Positions 1 through 13,954 of a stretch of DNA of 64,000 bases are shown one piece after another (positions within the stretch are counted from its first letter, which is position 1; every line of letters begins with the position of its first letter). Source of the DNA: the human T2T-CHM13v2.0 reference genome, Homo sapiens; NCBI RefSeq assembly GCF_009914755.1, contig NC_060927.1; one strand, given 5' to 3'. A program made the translations under genes and the position numbers. The notes under the pieces were generated by a model that worked only from the letters and a program-made list of their open reading frames with translations, had not been told where the DNA came from and did not search any database.

Positions 1-1617
1 GGGTAGGCTACAATCATTACTGGAACAGTAATCAGTGTATGACCAACACTATTTTGAGCCTTACAGATATAGTTTCCTCTGTCATAAGCTGTTGCTTCTT
101 TAATGACTAAGGTGCCATTGTCATGCAATATGTATTTCCCATTAATTTGAGGCCTGTCTACTACATAACCACTTGGCATAGTCCATTTGATATTTGGCTT
201 AGGGATTCCATCAGACACACAATGCAGTGATAGAGATTCTCCACTGATGCCTTTTACTGTCCCTGGTGCATAGGTAAGAATAACTGGCTTCTGGCCAATT
301 TCTAATATGACTAATTTCTCAATATAGCCAACTTTATTCCTAGCTGCACAGCGATATTTTCCTGCATCCTCCCGAGTTGTTTTAGAAATGATAAAAGAAC
401 CATTGCTTGCTATCAGATACTGATAACTTTGTGGTCCATTGGAAAATCGTGTGCCATTTGGTAAAATCCAGATTATTTCAGGTGGTGGGTTACCATCAAC
501 AGAGCAATTCAATGCTGTGGACTTTCCCAGCTGGGCAACTATTTTTTCATTAAATGGATTTCTAAATGTCGGTCTTCTCAGCATTTCCAGTACTTCTAAC
601 TGTACTACCAACACGCTCTCTCCACCTTCATTTCGGGCCACACAGATAAAGTCGGCTGAATCTGAAAGCCTCACATTCCTAATTTCCAAGGTTCCATTTT
701 TATGGACTGTGATTCTGCTTCCATAGTATGGGGCTGTGAGGAAAATATTGTCTGGCATGATCCACATGACTTCAGGAGATGGTGTCCCTTCAGCTCTGCA
801 GTCAAAGTGTTTTTTGGAATGTCTCACAGCTGTGGCTTTAATAACAGTTCTATTTGTATACAGACCATTGATTAATGGAGGTTTAGAGACCACATCCAGT
901 TTGTACATTTTGGTGTCATCCCCACTGGGATTTCGGGCTACACATACGTACTCTCCAGAATCGAGCAGTTTCACTTTGTTGATGGTCAAAGACCCATTGG
1001 CATGAAATGTGTACCTATCAATGGAGAAGGAAATCATGTCATTGGAAGGCAGCAACCAAAATATTTTTGGTTTGGGATCCCCAGTGACCTCACAGTCAAG
1101 GACAGCTGTGTCTCCAGCTTTGATTCTCTTGTTGGTTTTGTTACTCTGCCTTATCCGGGGAGCAGCTGTTATAACTGTTAAGTGGACCTTCATTTCATCT
1201 TTCCCTAGGGTGTTCTGGGCATAGCAAGTATAATCTCCTTCCTCCGCTACCCCAACTTTGTTGAAGTATAAAGTTCCATTGTTGAAAAGGGTATATCTCC
1301 TAGTCCTGTGGCCACTGTCATCGGCTTGCATTGCATTGTTGATCATGGTTCCATCAGGCAAACTCCAAGATATCTCTGGCACTGGGGAGCCGGAAGCTTT
1401 GCAATCTACTTGGAAATCTTTCCCATGGAGCACTTGCTTTCTAAAATACTGCTTGTGGTCAATTTTGGCAGGTTTCAGTCTTAGGCTAACATGCATCAGT
1501 ATCAGATCATCCCCCATTTTGTTTCTTGCCACACACAAGTAGACACCACTGTCTTTTTCTGTTACTGATCCAATAAACAGGGATCCATTAGGGTAGACGT
1601 GGATCCAGCTGCCCACT
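1..1617 (-). CDS. IGSF10: IGSF10 last coding exon (runs off the window start); tandem C-terminal Ig-like domains
   Basis: Acceptor cttttctccttag at 1618-1630 (minus strand). The phase-2 join AG|A gives R-VGSWIHVYPNGSLFIGSVTEKDSGVYLCVARNKMG..., with repeated Ig DxGxYxC motifs. The ORF track omits it because no stop codon lies inside the window. Confidence 0.97.
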
Positions 1618-1689
1618 CTAAGGAGAAAAGAGATTCATTTGAGTGTGCAGCTGTTAGCAATGAGGGAAACTGTTTTACTCAGGATTGCC

Positions 1690-1960
1690 TCCCTCTGCCC
1701 CAGCTTTATTGAAGCATGACCAATGAAAATTGTGTATCTTTGAGGTGTAGAACATGACATTTTGAGAGAGATATATATACATTTTGAGGTGTGTGTGTAT
1801 ATATATACACATATTTGAGATATATATATATATACATTTTGAGATATATATATACACATACATTTTGAGGTATATATATATAGAGAGAGAGAGAGAAATG
1901 ACCACGATTAACTAGCATATCCATCACCTCATAGTTACCTGTTTTTGTATGTGTGATTAG
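1690..1960 (-). repeat. Old L1M 3'-end fragment with expanded (TA/TG/GA)n composite tandem repeat
   Basis: ccagctttattga...catatccatcacctcatagttac resembles L1MA 3' ends. Unit acattttgag(atat)n is repeated about 5 times at 1757-1896. Confidence 0.6.
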
Positions 1961-2350
1961 CTTTAAATTGTTGCAATAAAAAAATAAAATTACTACCAGC
2001 TTATTGTCTTCTAAGCCATTTGCTGAAAGATGAAATTATCTAATTGAACAGGTATAATTTAGTGCAAGTAAGTATTTCTCAGATGGAATTCAAATGAATC
2101 TCCGTTACATAGTAATTTTTTAAAAAAAATCTTAATGAAGAGGCACATGCTAGAAATATGGGAGTTCTAGACACCATGACTTCCTTGACCATTTCACATA
2201 CCAAGTAAACTAATTGGATCCACAAACATGGTGATTTTGTAATATATATAGGTAAACTCAGTTGCTCAGAAAAGATGCCAGATGATACTTTCTAAACAGT
2301 TATTAGTAACAAAACAATTACTGAATCATTTGGTTAGAAAATTCTACTTT

Positions 2351-2647
<297 letters not shown>

Positions 2648-3062
2648 TTACTTTGTTAGAATACCAACGCAAGGTTCCTTAGAAGGTTGTTGCAGCATCT
2701 GCCCTCTATGGGCAGCTGTACAGTGACTAGTTTTTGCACTAGATTGAGCTGTGTGGAATACCATTTTTCTCCAGATGTACAGTGGCTGCACAGCCTATCA
2801 TTACCAAATTTAACCACCAGATGGCAGATCTTTCCTGGTAAAACTAAATCTACTTTTTTAGACCAGTGGAGACTCAACTGGTGCTAAAAGTGCTATCAGG
2901 GATACCTATATGAGAAAACGTCTTTCTTATTTTTGGGCAACATGGGCTAAGCAGGTAGATAAAACGAGAGGAAAGTAAAAACTGTTTTCATAGCATAAGT
3001 GCTAACCAAGTCAAACAGCCTCAAGTCATTTCTCTCTCTCCTATTTTCTATTTACTTTATAT

Positions 3063-3348
3063 TTTTTTGAGACAGGGTGTCACTCTGGAGCCCAGGCTAG
3101 AGTGCAGTGGTGAGATCACGGCTCACTGCAGTCTCAACCTCCCAGGTTCAAGCAATCCACCAACCTCAACCTCTGAGTAGCTGGGACTACAGACACACAC
3201 CACTATGCCCTCCTAATTTTTTTATTTTTTGTAGAGACAGGGTCTCACTGTGTTGCCAAGGCTGGTCTCCAACTTCTGGGTTCCAGCGATCCTCCCGCCT
3301 TGGTCTCCCAAAGTGCTGGAATGACAGGCGTGAACCACCACACCCAGT
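3063..3348 (-). mobile_element. AluJ-like
   Basis: tttttgagacagggtgtcactc...cccaaagtgctgg; diverged, with J-type agacaggg motif. Confidence 0.88.
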
Positions 3349-3677
3349 CATCAAGTCACTGTTATTCTCCAGCAAAGGTAAGTATGGAAAGTATTATAGT
3401 AAAATATTAGAGAAATTTTTTTTTTCCCCAAGTATGGAAGGAAGTTCTCTGGCATATAAACCAAAGTAAAATCAATACAAATACACCTAAAGGAAGAGAA
3501 ACTGCCAGGTGCTTTGCACTGGTTGTTTAATCTTGAAGTAATTCCCTCACTATACAGCTGAAAAATTGGTATTTAGAGAGATTTAGCAACTTGCCTTAGG
3601 TCACAGGGCTGGTTCTCAAGCCTTACGCTTTCCACCATGCTATACTGGCATTCTTTCCTAATGCTTTCTAAAAGTAT

Positions 3678-4180
3678 TGGTTCTTAAACTTGGCTAAACA
3701 TTAAAACACTTGTGGAGTTTAAAATAATAATGATAGGTCTGAGTCTCACCTCCAGAATTTGACTTAATATGTGTGCAGCATGGCTTGGGCATCAGGATTC
3801 TTAGAATTTTCCGGATTAAAGGTTTCCATGTGCAGCAAAGAACCACTGTTCTAACTGGGTTCTCAATGAAGATCCCTCATCAGCTGCATTAGAATTACAT
3901 GGGTCGAGTTTAAGATGCATATTCCCCGGCTTTGGTTTCCTGAAATTCTGCTTCAATAGGTCTCGCCAAGGATGTAGAAACCCACTCTTTAAAAAACTTC
4001 CCAGCTAACATAAATAATTAAGTTTGAACACAAGTGTCAAATTTTAGCAACAAAATCACCTGGAGGGCTTTTAAGAACAGATTGCTTATTAAAACAAAAT
4101 CAGAGCTCCTGATTCAACAAATTCCCAGACAATGCTAATGCTACTGGTAGGGGGTCTTCCCTTGGAGAAAAACTGGCTTA
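3678..4180. mobile_element. Degenerate MER5-type hAT DNA transposon fragments
   Basis: tggttcttaaacttggct...gaaccactg ends and aatcacctggagggcttt motif resemble MER5A/B. Confidence 0.45.
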
Positions 4181-4801
4181 GAGTGATATCCCCTGCACCC
4201 AAGATCTGATGCAACTGGAGATTGTGACATATAACAGACAGAACTATTGATGTTTCTTTTTATAAACTAATATTTTTGAGAGAGATAATTTACTTTTGAA
4301 AATAGAAGGTTTCCCAGAGTGGAAGACAGAATTCTTAATAAAGATTAATGCAGAGGCATCTTCAGCCTCTCCAAAGCACAAAACTCACATTTCATAACTC
4401 AGCATTTAAAAATTCTAAATCTAAACAAATTTCAATTTAATTTAGGTGATTTTTGATGACATTTGAAAAACTTGAGAATTAACATTTACTTTTGAACTAA
4501 AGATCACAAGTTAAATTTATTAGCTGTATTCAGTATCAACTCGTGTCATTAGAAAAAAATCTTCAACTCCTAAGCATGAGTACAAATTCACATTTACTAT
4601 GTGTAATTTTTTTGCATGGATGTTTTCTATTAATGAATAAACAGATATATAAGATGGAAATTCTCATCCTCATTTTTTGTCCTGTAATGGAAAACCATTG
4701 TGTAAAGTCATGCCACTTGCAAAAAAAAACCTCATAAGCTATAATTATTGATTTTTGAAGATATAATTTATATAGAAAGCCAGCTATAAAATGAATATTG
4801 A

Positions 4802-5105
<304 letters not shown>

Positions 5106-5287
5106 CTATAACAGACCAGAGAAAGTGTGTATTTGTATATATGTGTCTCATCACATCAGAATGCGGGGGCCCTGAATATGTTTCACTTGGTGGAGGTCTT
5201 AATATTGTGACTTTCACAAAGTGCTTTGTAATTTTAGGAAAGAAAAAATTAAGTACTGATTATAATGAAGTTTAAAATGTCGAATAG

Positions 5288-5723
<436 letters not shown>

Positions 5724-6018
5724 TACAGTTACTATTTTAAAACTGTGCCAAGTATGGAGATAAATGAGATTTTTTAATTCTGCCTAAAATATAAAAACCC
5801 TAAGAAGTTGACCCTTTGAGTTAAGCAAGTGAAAAGAATGGTTTTTGTATTCAAATGATCTCAAAAGATTAGTTTTTTTTGAGAGAGTTTCCTTTATGTC
5901 CAAAGTCTATGTGTACTCTAAAACTGCTGCTAGCCTCACTGTGTCACTTTTTCCATTTCAGAAGTTGTACAGCTAAATACATAAAGCAGATAATTCCAAC
6001 CCAAAGGTATAGACTTAC

Positions 6019-6919
6019 CTATGCTGCTGGTCGACCACAGCCTTGGATGGTAACCTCCACATTATTTGGGGTTTGGGCTCCCCAGTGGCTGAGCAGTTCA
6101 GTAGTAATTTGTCCCCAAAATTCACTTCAGTCCTTTTCTGGGATGCAGCTTCTATCCTGGGGCTGGTCACTCGCTCTTCCATTGTAAGCATTACTACTCT
6201 TCGCTCCGAACCAGTGGAACTGGTAGCAATGCATTCATAAGTGCCCCTGTCTGAAGAGGCTAGGTTTCTTATATACAAAGTCCCATTTGAAAATAAGAAC
6301 AACTTGGAATTGGTAAACTGTAATGGTTTCACTTCAGTGCCATCAGAGAGGACCCAGTAAACGCTGGGCTGAGGAGTTCCTTTTGCAGTACAGGGCAGTT
6401 TTAAACTTTCACCCCAAGTGCCTACAATGACTTGCCTCCTTTGCTCTAGAATAACAGGTGGTGCTGCAATGACTTGTATTTTAACCAGCAGTGAATCCTG
6501 GCCACCTGGGTTGCTGGCCACACATTTGTAAAAGCCACGGTCATAAATACTGAGATTGTGGAGGACCAATGTTCCGTCAACCGTCACCACAGCCTGCCTA
6601 CTTCCCTGGGATGATTCTGAGACAACTGTTTGGTTTGCAAGAATCCAGGTAACTGTAGGGCTTGGCCTACCTTCTGCTCTGCACTTCAGTTCCACAGTGC
6701 TTCCGGAATGAACTGTGATCTCTTTGGTACGTCTCTCCAGGATCCTGGGAGGATAGGAAACCACAGACAAGGTGACATGAAGGTGGTCTGTGCCAAACAG
6801 ATTGGATGCGGAACACAAGTACTGTCCGCGGTCCTGAATTTCCACCCTCTGGATGGACAGGGTACCATTGGGGAGAACCTGGACCCTGCTATTCTGTTTC
6901 CTCTTAGATAAATCAAGTC
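6019..6919 (-). CDS. IGSF10: IGSF10 coding exon (901 nt), Ig-like domains
   Basis: Acceptor ttcttctcag|GA and donor AG|gtaagt. ORF 6015-6959 has Ig motifs DRGQYLC, DRGFYKC and DRGTYEC. Phases match both neighbouring exons. Confidence 0.97.
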
Positions 6920-7019
6920 CTGAGAAGAAAAAAAGAAAATTATTGCTACGGGTCATCAAAGTTTATTTAGAAAACATAAAGCTATCGTTTTTTGGGCTAC
7001 TAAGAATACATTTAAATTA

Positions 7020-7293
<274 letters not shown>

Positions 7294-7322
7294 ATTAGGA
7301 CATCTAGTCTTCAGATTGCTAA

Positions 7323-7645
<323 letters not shown>

Positions 7646-7953
7646 TGGATTTTTTTATTCACATAATTTTACTTTAAAAGCCAGATGGTTCAACACAATA
7701 ACCATTCTCTCTTTTTCAAATCATATTACTTTGAATCAGCTTTTGAGGCATTCCAAAAAATGTTCTTAGTTAACATATTTAATCCCTTCTGATGAGTGAA
7801 AATATGCCAGTGTCAAATGAGGATATTAATAGTTTCTTTGTCTTAGAAAAATTTGAAACTGATACTGATTCTTTGGATGTTTAATCCCAAAACATAACAA
7901 TCTTCTTCTTGTTTTCTAACAAAAACTAAGTGTAAAGAAAAAGTTTCACATAC

Positions 7954-10900
7954 CTGATGGGACTCTGGTCCAATGAATGGTGGGCAGGGGATTTCCAACA
8001 GCTTCACAGGGAAGAAAGGCATCTGAGTTAGCTGGAATAGTAAAACTTGCAGCTTTTCCTCCAACTATCCTGGGCTTTTCAAATATATACCTAGACAAAG
8101 AGTCAAAGGGAAGGAGTTTGGAAGTTGTTGCTTCTTGAACTGGTTTCTTATCAAAGTCACTCTTCTTTGTGTTCTTCTGTCCATCCCAATCTGAAACAAG
8201 AGTGGTGGCCTCGGACAGGCCTGTAGTAGCCAACATGCTTACTTCTGGCTTTTTGCCTTTTTCAGCAATTTCTGAGTATGGTTTGTGCCAAAATTGGTTT
8301 TCTGCCCAGGGAGATGGAGTTAATTTAGAATTCTGTGATTTAACTGTTGTTAGTGCTGGCATGGGAGTAGAATGTAACAGATTAGAGTAGATGAAGTGAG
8401 TGGTTCCAATTGTGAACTTGGCATTTGGGTGAACCTTGGGGGATGTTGCAACCTCTGCTACTAATTGCTGTGGTTTAGCATTGTGCCTTGAGGATTCGTG
8501 CAGCTTGACCACTGTATTTGTCATAAGCCCGGAAATGGGAGTCGCCACGTTGTCAGTAACTGCTCTCTGAGTAAAGGGAGGGGAGATGGGAACTGGCATT
8601 AGAGTAGCACTGCTGCTCAAGAATGGTGGTATGGTTGAGTGTCTAATGATTGCTTTCCTAGTTGTGGTACTCTGGTGTGATTTGCTGGACAAAGTTGTTT
8701 CAGAAGCAATTGTGCTCTTCAAAGTCTGAGTACTTGCTTGGGCTAGTTCTTCAATCACATCTGTCAGATTAAGAGTTCTTGAATGAAAACTGATTGTGCT
8801 TGAAATCCCAGTTGTGTTTTCTGGTGGGGAATGAGTGAATGCAGAGACACTGGGCTTGACTGAAGTTTCGGCTGTGGTTAGAACAGGAGGTGTCATAGCA
8901 GTGGGTGTAGTGAAGCCAGAACTCTGGTCTGGAGAGATGTTTGGGTCAGTCCTGTTCTTCTTTTGAGGCTCCTGTTCTCTTTGTATTGTTTGTGCTCTAG
9001 ATCTCTCTGTTTGGGTTTCATAAGTGATGACAGATGCAGGGAAGGTAGGAGTTGTTGCTGGTATTGCTGTTTGCGTTGATATGATGCTTTTTGTACTTGA
9101 GTCTTTGCTTATAATACTAGGAAGCATAGGGTTAAGGGGTGGGAAGGGAAGCTCCTTCTTTGTTGGAAGACTTCCAGGATTGTGTGTTTTGGTCGTAGTG
9201 TGGTGAGCGGTAGTCAAGGTATTAGATGGAATTTGCATCACACTTGTTGAAAGTGTGGTGAAATGGAAAGGGGAGACTTTGTCTCTGGGTAAAGCAGGAG
9301 ATGTTTTAGGAAGCATCACAGCTGTGCTTTTTTGTAAACTAACTTTATGTTGATTCCTTAATCTGCCTTTTGGGTTATGGTTATTTACAAAGTTCTGTTG
9401 CCAGGGAATTTTCCTTCTTGAAAACCTTGTAATGGCTATAATAGTCATTGGTGGCTTGGTGATAGCACCTGAAAGTGACGATGTAATCACTGAATCTCTT
9501 TTAGCTTCATTGGTGCTAGACACACGTGGGTAACTGGCGTTTACTTTGTGAGTTTTTTCCATGGGTATGGATGTTGGAGCATATGTCATGACTGCACCAG
9601 TTGGAGTCACTTGGGAAATTTCAGTCCTGAAATATTTTATTGTGGGTGTTGTTTTCTCTACACTGGGTTTGTTCTCAAGTAGTAATAGTGGATTCTGGAC
9701 TAGAGTTGTAGACTCTTCTGATGGGACTCTAGCAATGTCAGCTTTGGGGAAGGTGATGGGAGCAGCACTTGGAAAAGACAATGCTGCTGTGGCAGTGGTG
9801 AGCCTCTCCCTGGGAAGACAGGACAGACATGTCACATTGAGCACTGTGGCTGAGAATGCAGTAGTGCTTTTTTCAGAAGAACCTCTGGTTGTTGACCTGA
9901 AAATGCTGTATCTATGCCGTCGCAGAACTGGAGTTCTATATGGGCTGATAATCCGCCCCCTTCCGCCAATTTTCCTCTGCCTCCCAAAGCGTCTGAACAG
10001 CGGGATGTTAACTGTACTATTTCTAGGGATCGGAAACTGAGAATGAGCAGCTGTGTGTGGATCTGAAGGGAACGTGGAGGTGCTAAGTATTTGAGTAGTG
10101 TGAGAATAGAAGTGATTGTGCCTGGGTTCACTCACTTCTCTTACAGATGTCTGATGACTATTTGTGGTATTTACTGACTCTAATAATAGTTTGTTGGTGG
10201 TGCTACTAAGCATTTTGACATTGACATCTTTGATCATAGTCCTTACTGTTATTGGGGGTCTACTTTGGAAATGCTCTCTTCCTCTTCCCATCTGGTCAGA
10301 GTCCTGAAATTCAGTTGCTCCAAGTAGCAGTGGAAAGACAGTGGATGAATGTTGATTGGTTGTGCCTTGTATTTGGCTTGACATGGTTGGGTTTATATTC
10401 TTTGACATGGCTGTAGTTTTAATAGCAGTAGACAGTTTGAAATCTGTGGGTTCTTCAGGTGGTAGTATTTGTGAATTCACAACAGGAGAGAATTCTGTGC
10501 CATAATTTATGTTTGTCATAGGACTATCAGATATTGTTCTGGAGTCAGCAGTCACTGTCCTTGCTGGAAGGTTCAAAGCTTTAGTGGCCGGGACCATAAA
10601 TTCCTCATGTAGAGCGAGCATGCCTGAGGAATCGTCTTCTTCACCAGGTATGTTTGGGAGTTGGGTGACCACTGGGGGTGGGCTCACTGTGGTATTTTCT
10701 CGCTTGTCTGGCATAGCATTCTTTTTAGCTTTCTCCAACAGTGCCGCCCAATGTTGTGGGTCAATTCTCCTAGCAGAGGGAGGGAAATGCCTCCTATTCT
10801 CCCTAAAACGTCGATGTGTTGAATCTCCACGTCGCTGGAGTGTTAATTCCCGATAGTTGTGCCTCTTACTTGTGCTTGAGGTGTGTTTTCCAACCTCAGC

Positions 10901-12300
10901 CTCCATCAGAGCAGATGTACGGAGCTGTGCACCTGGTGGCTCCTTAAGATGAGCAATAGGATTGGACTCATCAAGTCCAGATCCCTCTGTTTCTCCATCA
11001 TGCTCCAAGGGCCTTTGTCCTTTCATCTTGACTGAAACTTGGAAAATCAAAAAATCAACCCCTGATGGGTTGGCTGCCACACAGCGATAATAACCTTGGT
11101 CTTTCGGGGTGACCTGTAATATTCTTAATGTGCCATTGTTTAGAACTTTCTTGTCTCTTGATGACTGATAGAGCACATTGTTTCCTGGAATAACCCAGCT
11201 AATAGAGGCATCTGGGATACCAGTAGAATGGCATGGAAGATCAAGTGTTTCACCAATGAAAACTGTGTGATGAATCCCATTTTCCTGATAGGCTTCGACC
11301 AAAGGTTCTACCACAGTTATCCTATAGGTGAGAATATCTGCATCATCATAATTGCTGCTTATACAGTGATATACGCCTGTGTCAAAACTATCAGCCATCT
11401 GGAGTTCCAATTTTCCACTTTTGTCTATTAGGATCCGTCCATCCTCACTGACATAAGGGGCTCTCACTTTACTTCCATCAGCTAGAAGCCAATCCACGTG
11501 TGGGGTGGGGTCTCCTTGGCCTGGGCAGTTCAGGCCAACGGTTCCACCTACCAAGACAGTATGTTCCAGCTTAGTATTGTTATCCCTTGAAATCATAGTC
11601 CATTTGTGTTTCACTGGCCTCATCTCTGCTCTTGGTAAAGTGATTTGAGCATCACTGGAGTACTGGATTTGTAATGTACTGAATGTGGTGGCAGTTCTGT
11701 TCAGCTGCAAGGAAATTTGGTCTTGCATTAACCAAGAGGGATCTGCTCTGAGATCTGCCTCTATGTTGGTAAAAATGTCTTCAGGCTTAGGAGCCACCTG
11801 TTTATATTTGTAATAGAGCTGCGGTGTTTCACTAAGCAAGTGGCTCCTTTCTAGTATCAGAGGAGAATCACTGTACAAAGCCAAAATTTGCCACACTGGC
11901 TGAATGTGACCGTAATCTATGTTGCACACCAAAAATGTTGAAAATGAAGTATTTAGCACGATGTAGTCATTTTCTTCAGTGAATGCAATGGGTGATGTCC
12001 TTGAGGGCTTTTGAATACTGCAGACCATGTTAGCTTCATTTCCAGACTGATCTGTCATATTCAAAGTGAGGGAGCCAAAGGGTGCCATGAAACCTTGGGG
12101 AGAGATGAAAGCAGAACTACTGTCTTCCAGAATAGTCAGGCTCTTTGATTTCAGGGATGAGTCAATGGTTGGCTTGGCACACTGGAAAGCTGCAGCTGAG
12201 ACCATAGCTAACGGCTTGCCTTTAGAAGTCCTAGGGTTCATGCAAAGTGGACACTGCTGAGCACTAGAGGGACTTCTATCTTTTTTGCATTTTATTACAT
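7954..12300 (-). CDS. IGSF10: IGSF10 giant coding exon (4347 nt): end of LRRCT, two Ig domains, long Ser/Thr/Pro-rich mucin-like stalk, start of next Ig
   Basis: Acceptor ttttttccag|AT and donor G|gtatgt. Uninterrupted 1431-aa ORF in the track with DTGVYHC and DQGYYRC Ig motifs. Confidence 0.97.
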
Positions 12301-13649
12301 CTGGAAAAAAATCACAATTGAATTATCAGTTGTGACCTCTTTATGAATTGACACAAACATTTTGAAGAAATAGCTTTTGCTAGAAGCTGAAACAATTTGG
12401 AAATTTTAGTGTTCAATGGAAAGTTTTCTGATTTTTTGCTTCTGAATTTGATTTTTTAAAAAGCTATGTCTGTATACCCTGCTACAACATAATATGCATA
12501 GACATAGGATTTTGTTTATCTTATTCACTGCAGTATTTCCCATGTTCAGCAAATGCCTGATATATATTTGGTACCCAGTAAATATTAGTTGAATAAGTCA
12601 TTTTTTTAAATCTAGGGAAACAAAATGATATGCTCATGTTTGTCAGTTTTTATTAATAACAGTTTAGTTCTATTTCTTCATTTTAACATTTTAAGATGGC
12701 CACAGGACCTCACTGTTCTTTAAAAGATAAGCTGTTTATTAAAGGATTATTTATAATTCCTTGGGTATCATTAAGAAACCCAAGTTTATTTCCATTATCC
12801 AAAAGAATATTGACTGAATTACAGGGTACCTTGACCTGGTCTAGCTTAGTAGCAACAGGAATTAAGAGAAGCAGATGGATGCAGGAGACAATGAAGAAGG
12901 TAGAACCAATCAATAGGAGGTGAGGATTGACTGAATATGGACAGTGACTAAAAGGAAGGGTCAAGGAAGACTCCGTTTTATGACTTTGGAAACTGGATGG
13001 TTGATGGTTCCCTTGGATGAGGTAGATGCACTAGAGCAGGTTCAGGTTTAAGGGGGAGGGAAGAACATTTTGCCAAGGCAGTGGGGAGGCTCATTAAAGG
13101 TCTGACATTCTGGCGAAGTCAGAGGTTGCAAGTCTTACAGCACTAGGACCAGCATTATAAGGACCAGCATTTCTAAGTCATAGGTGCCTTGTCTTTCAAA
13201 TATTTGGATATCACATACCATTTAAAAGCTCTGCTCTGGTGAGCCTATTTAAAATGGCTGGTCACTGGAATACTTGGTAAGAGGTATAGACTTTTCCCTT
13301 ACACAAAATACAGCCTGAGACATCCATGCTGTTCCATATAGTAGCTCTTATATGATGCACTGGACATGGCACTTAACAAAAGCATTGTACTTCTTAGAAG
13401 ATCTAATTTGTCAGAGTGGCTAGATAGGGTCAAATCTCCTTCCCATGTGTGCACATGTCCTCTCAAAGGCTTAAGAAACTCACTCTGACCAAGGACACCA
13501 AACTCTTCTGCGTGTACTACAGTGTGACAGGTAATGTCACAGATGCCTGACCAGTGGGCATTCTTCAGCAAATTTTATAGTCTAAACCTATGCAGAGGAG
13601 GTGGCTGGCAAGTTGGGAAACCTTTGAACAATCATAAGAGTTGCCTCCT

Positions 13650-13954
13650 GGCTGGCCGCAATCGCTCACGCCTGTAACCTCAGCACTTTGGGAGGCCGAG
13701 GCGGGCGGATCACCTGAGGTTGGAAGTTTGAGACCAGTCTGACCAACATGGAAAAACCCCGTCTCTACTAAAAATACAAAATTAGCCAGGCATGGTGGCA
13801 CATGTCTATAATCCCAGCTGCTCGGGAGGCTGAGGTAGGAGAATCACTTAACCCGGGAGGCAGAGGTTGCGGTGAGCCAAGATCACACCATTGCACTCCA
13901 GCCTGGGCAACAAGAGCAAAACTCTGTCTCAAAAAAAAAAAAAAAAAAAAAAAA
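13650..13954 (+). mobile_element. AluS (Sp/Sq-like) with TSD
   Basis: Full dimer with A tail; TSD aagagttgcctcc at 13636-13648 and 13953-13965. Confidence 0.94.

Noticed and set aside
439-1542. Four consecutive plus-strand ORFs (71-95 aa)
   Set aside because: They are antisense shadows of the IGSF10 last exon with no independent motifs.
1635-1927. Three overlapping Tyr/Ile-rich minus-strand ORFs
   Set aside because: They are translations of the (TA)n tandem repeat.
3749-3792. Candidate intronic alternative first exon (ATG...G|gtgaga, minus strand) for a short C-terminal isoform
   Set aside because: Its phase (1) does not match the last-exon acceptor (phase 2), and it lies in a MER5-like relic.
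8169-12260. Plus-strand ORFs up to 159 aa opposite the giant exon
   Set aside because: Val/Gly-rich products are expected from the reverse complement of Thr/Pro/Ser codons.
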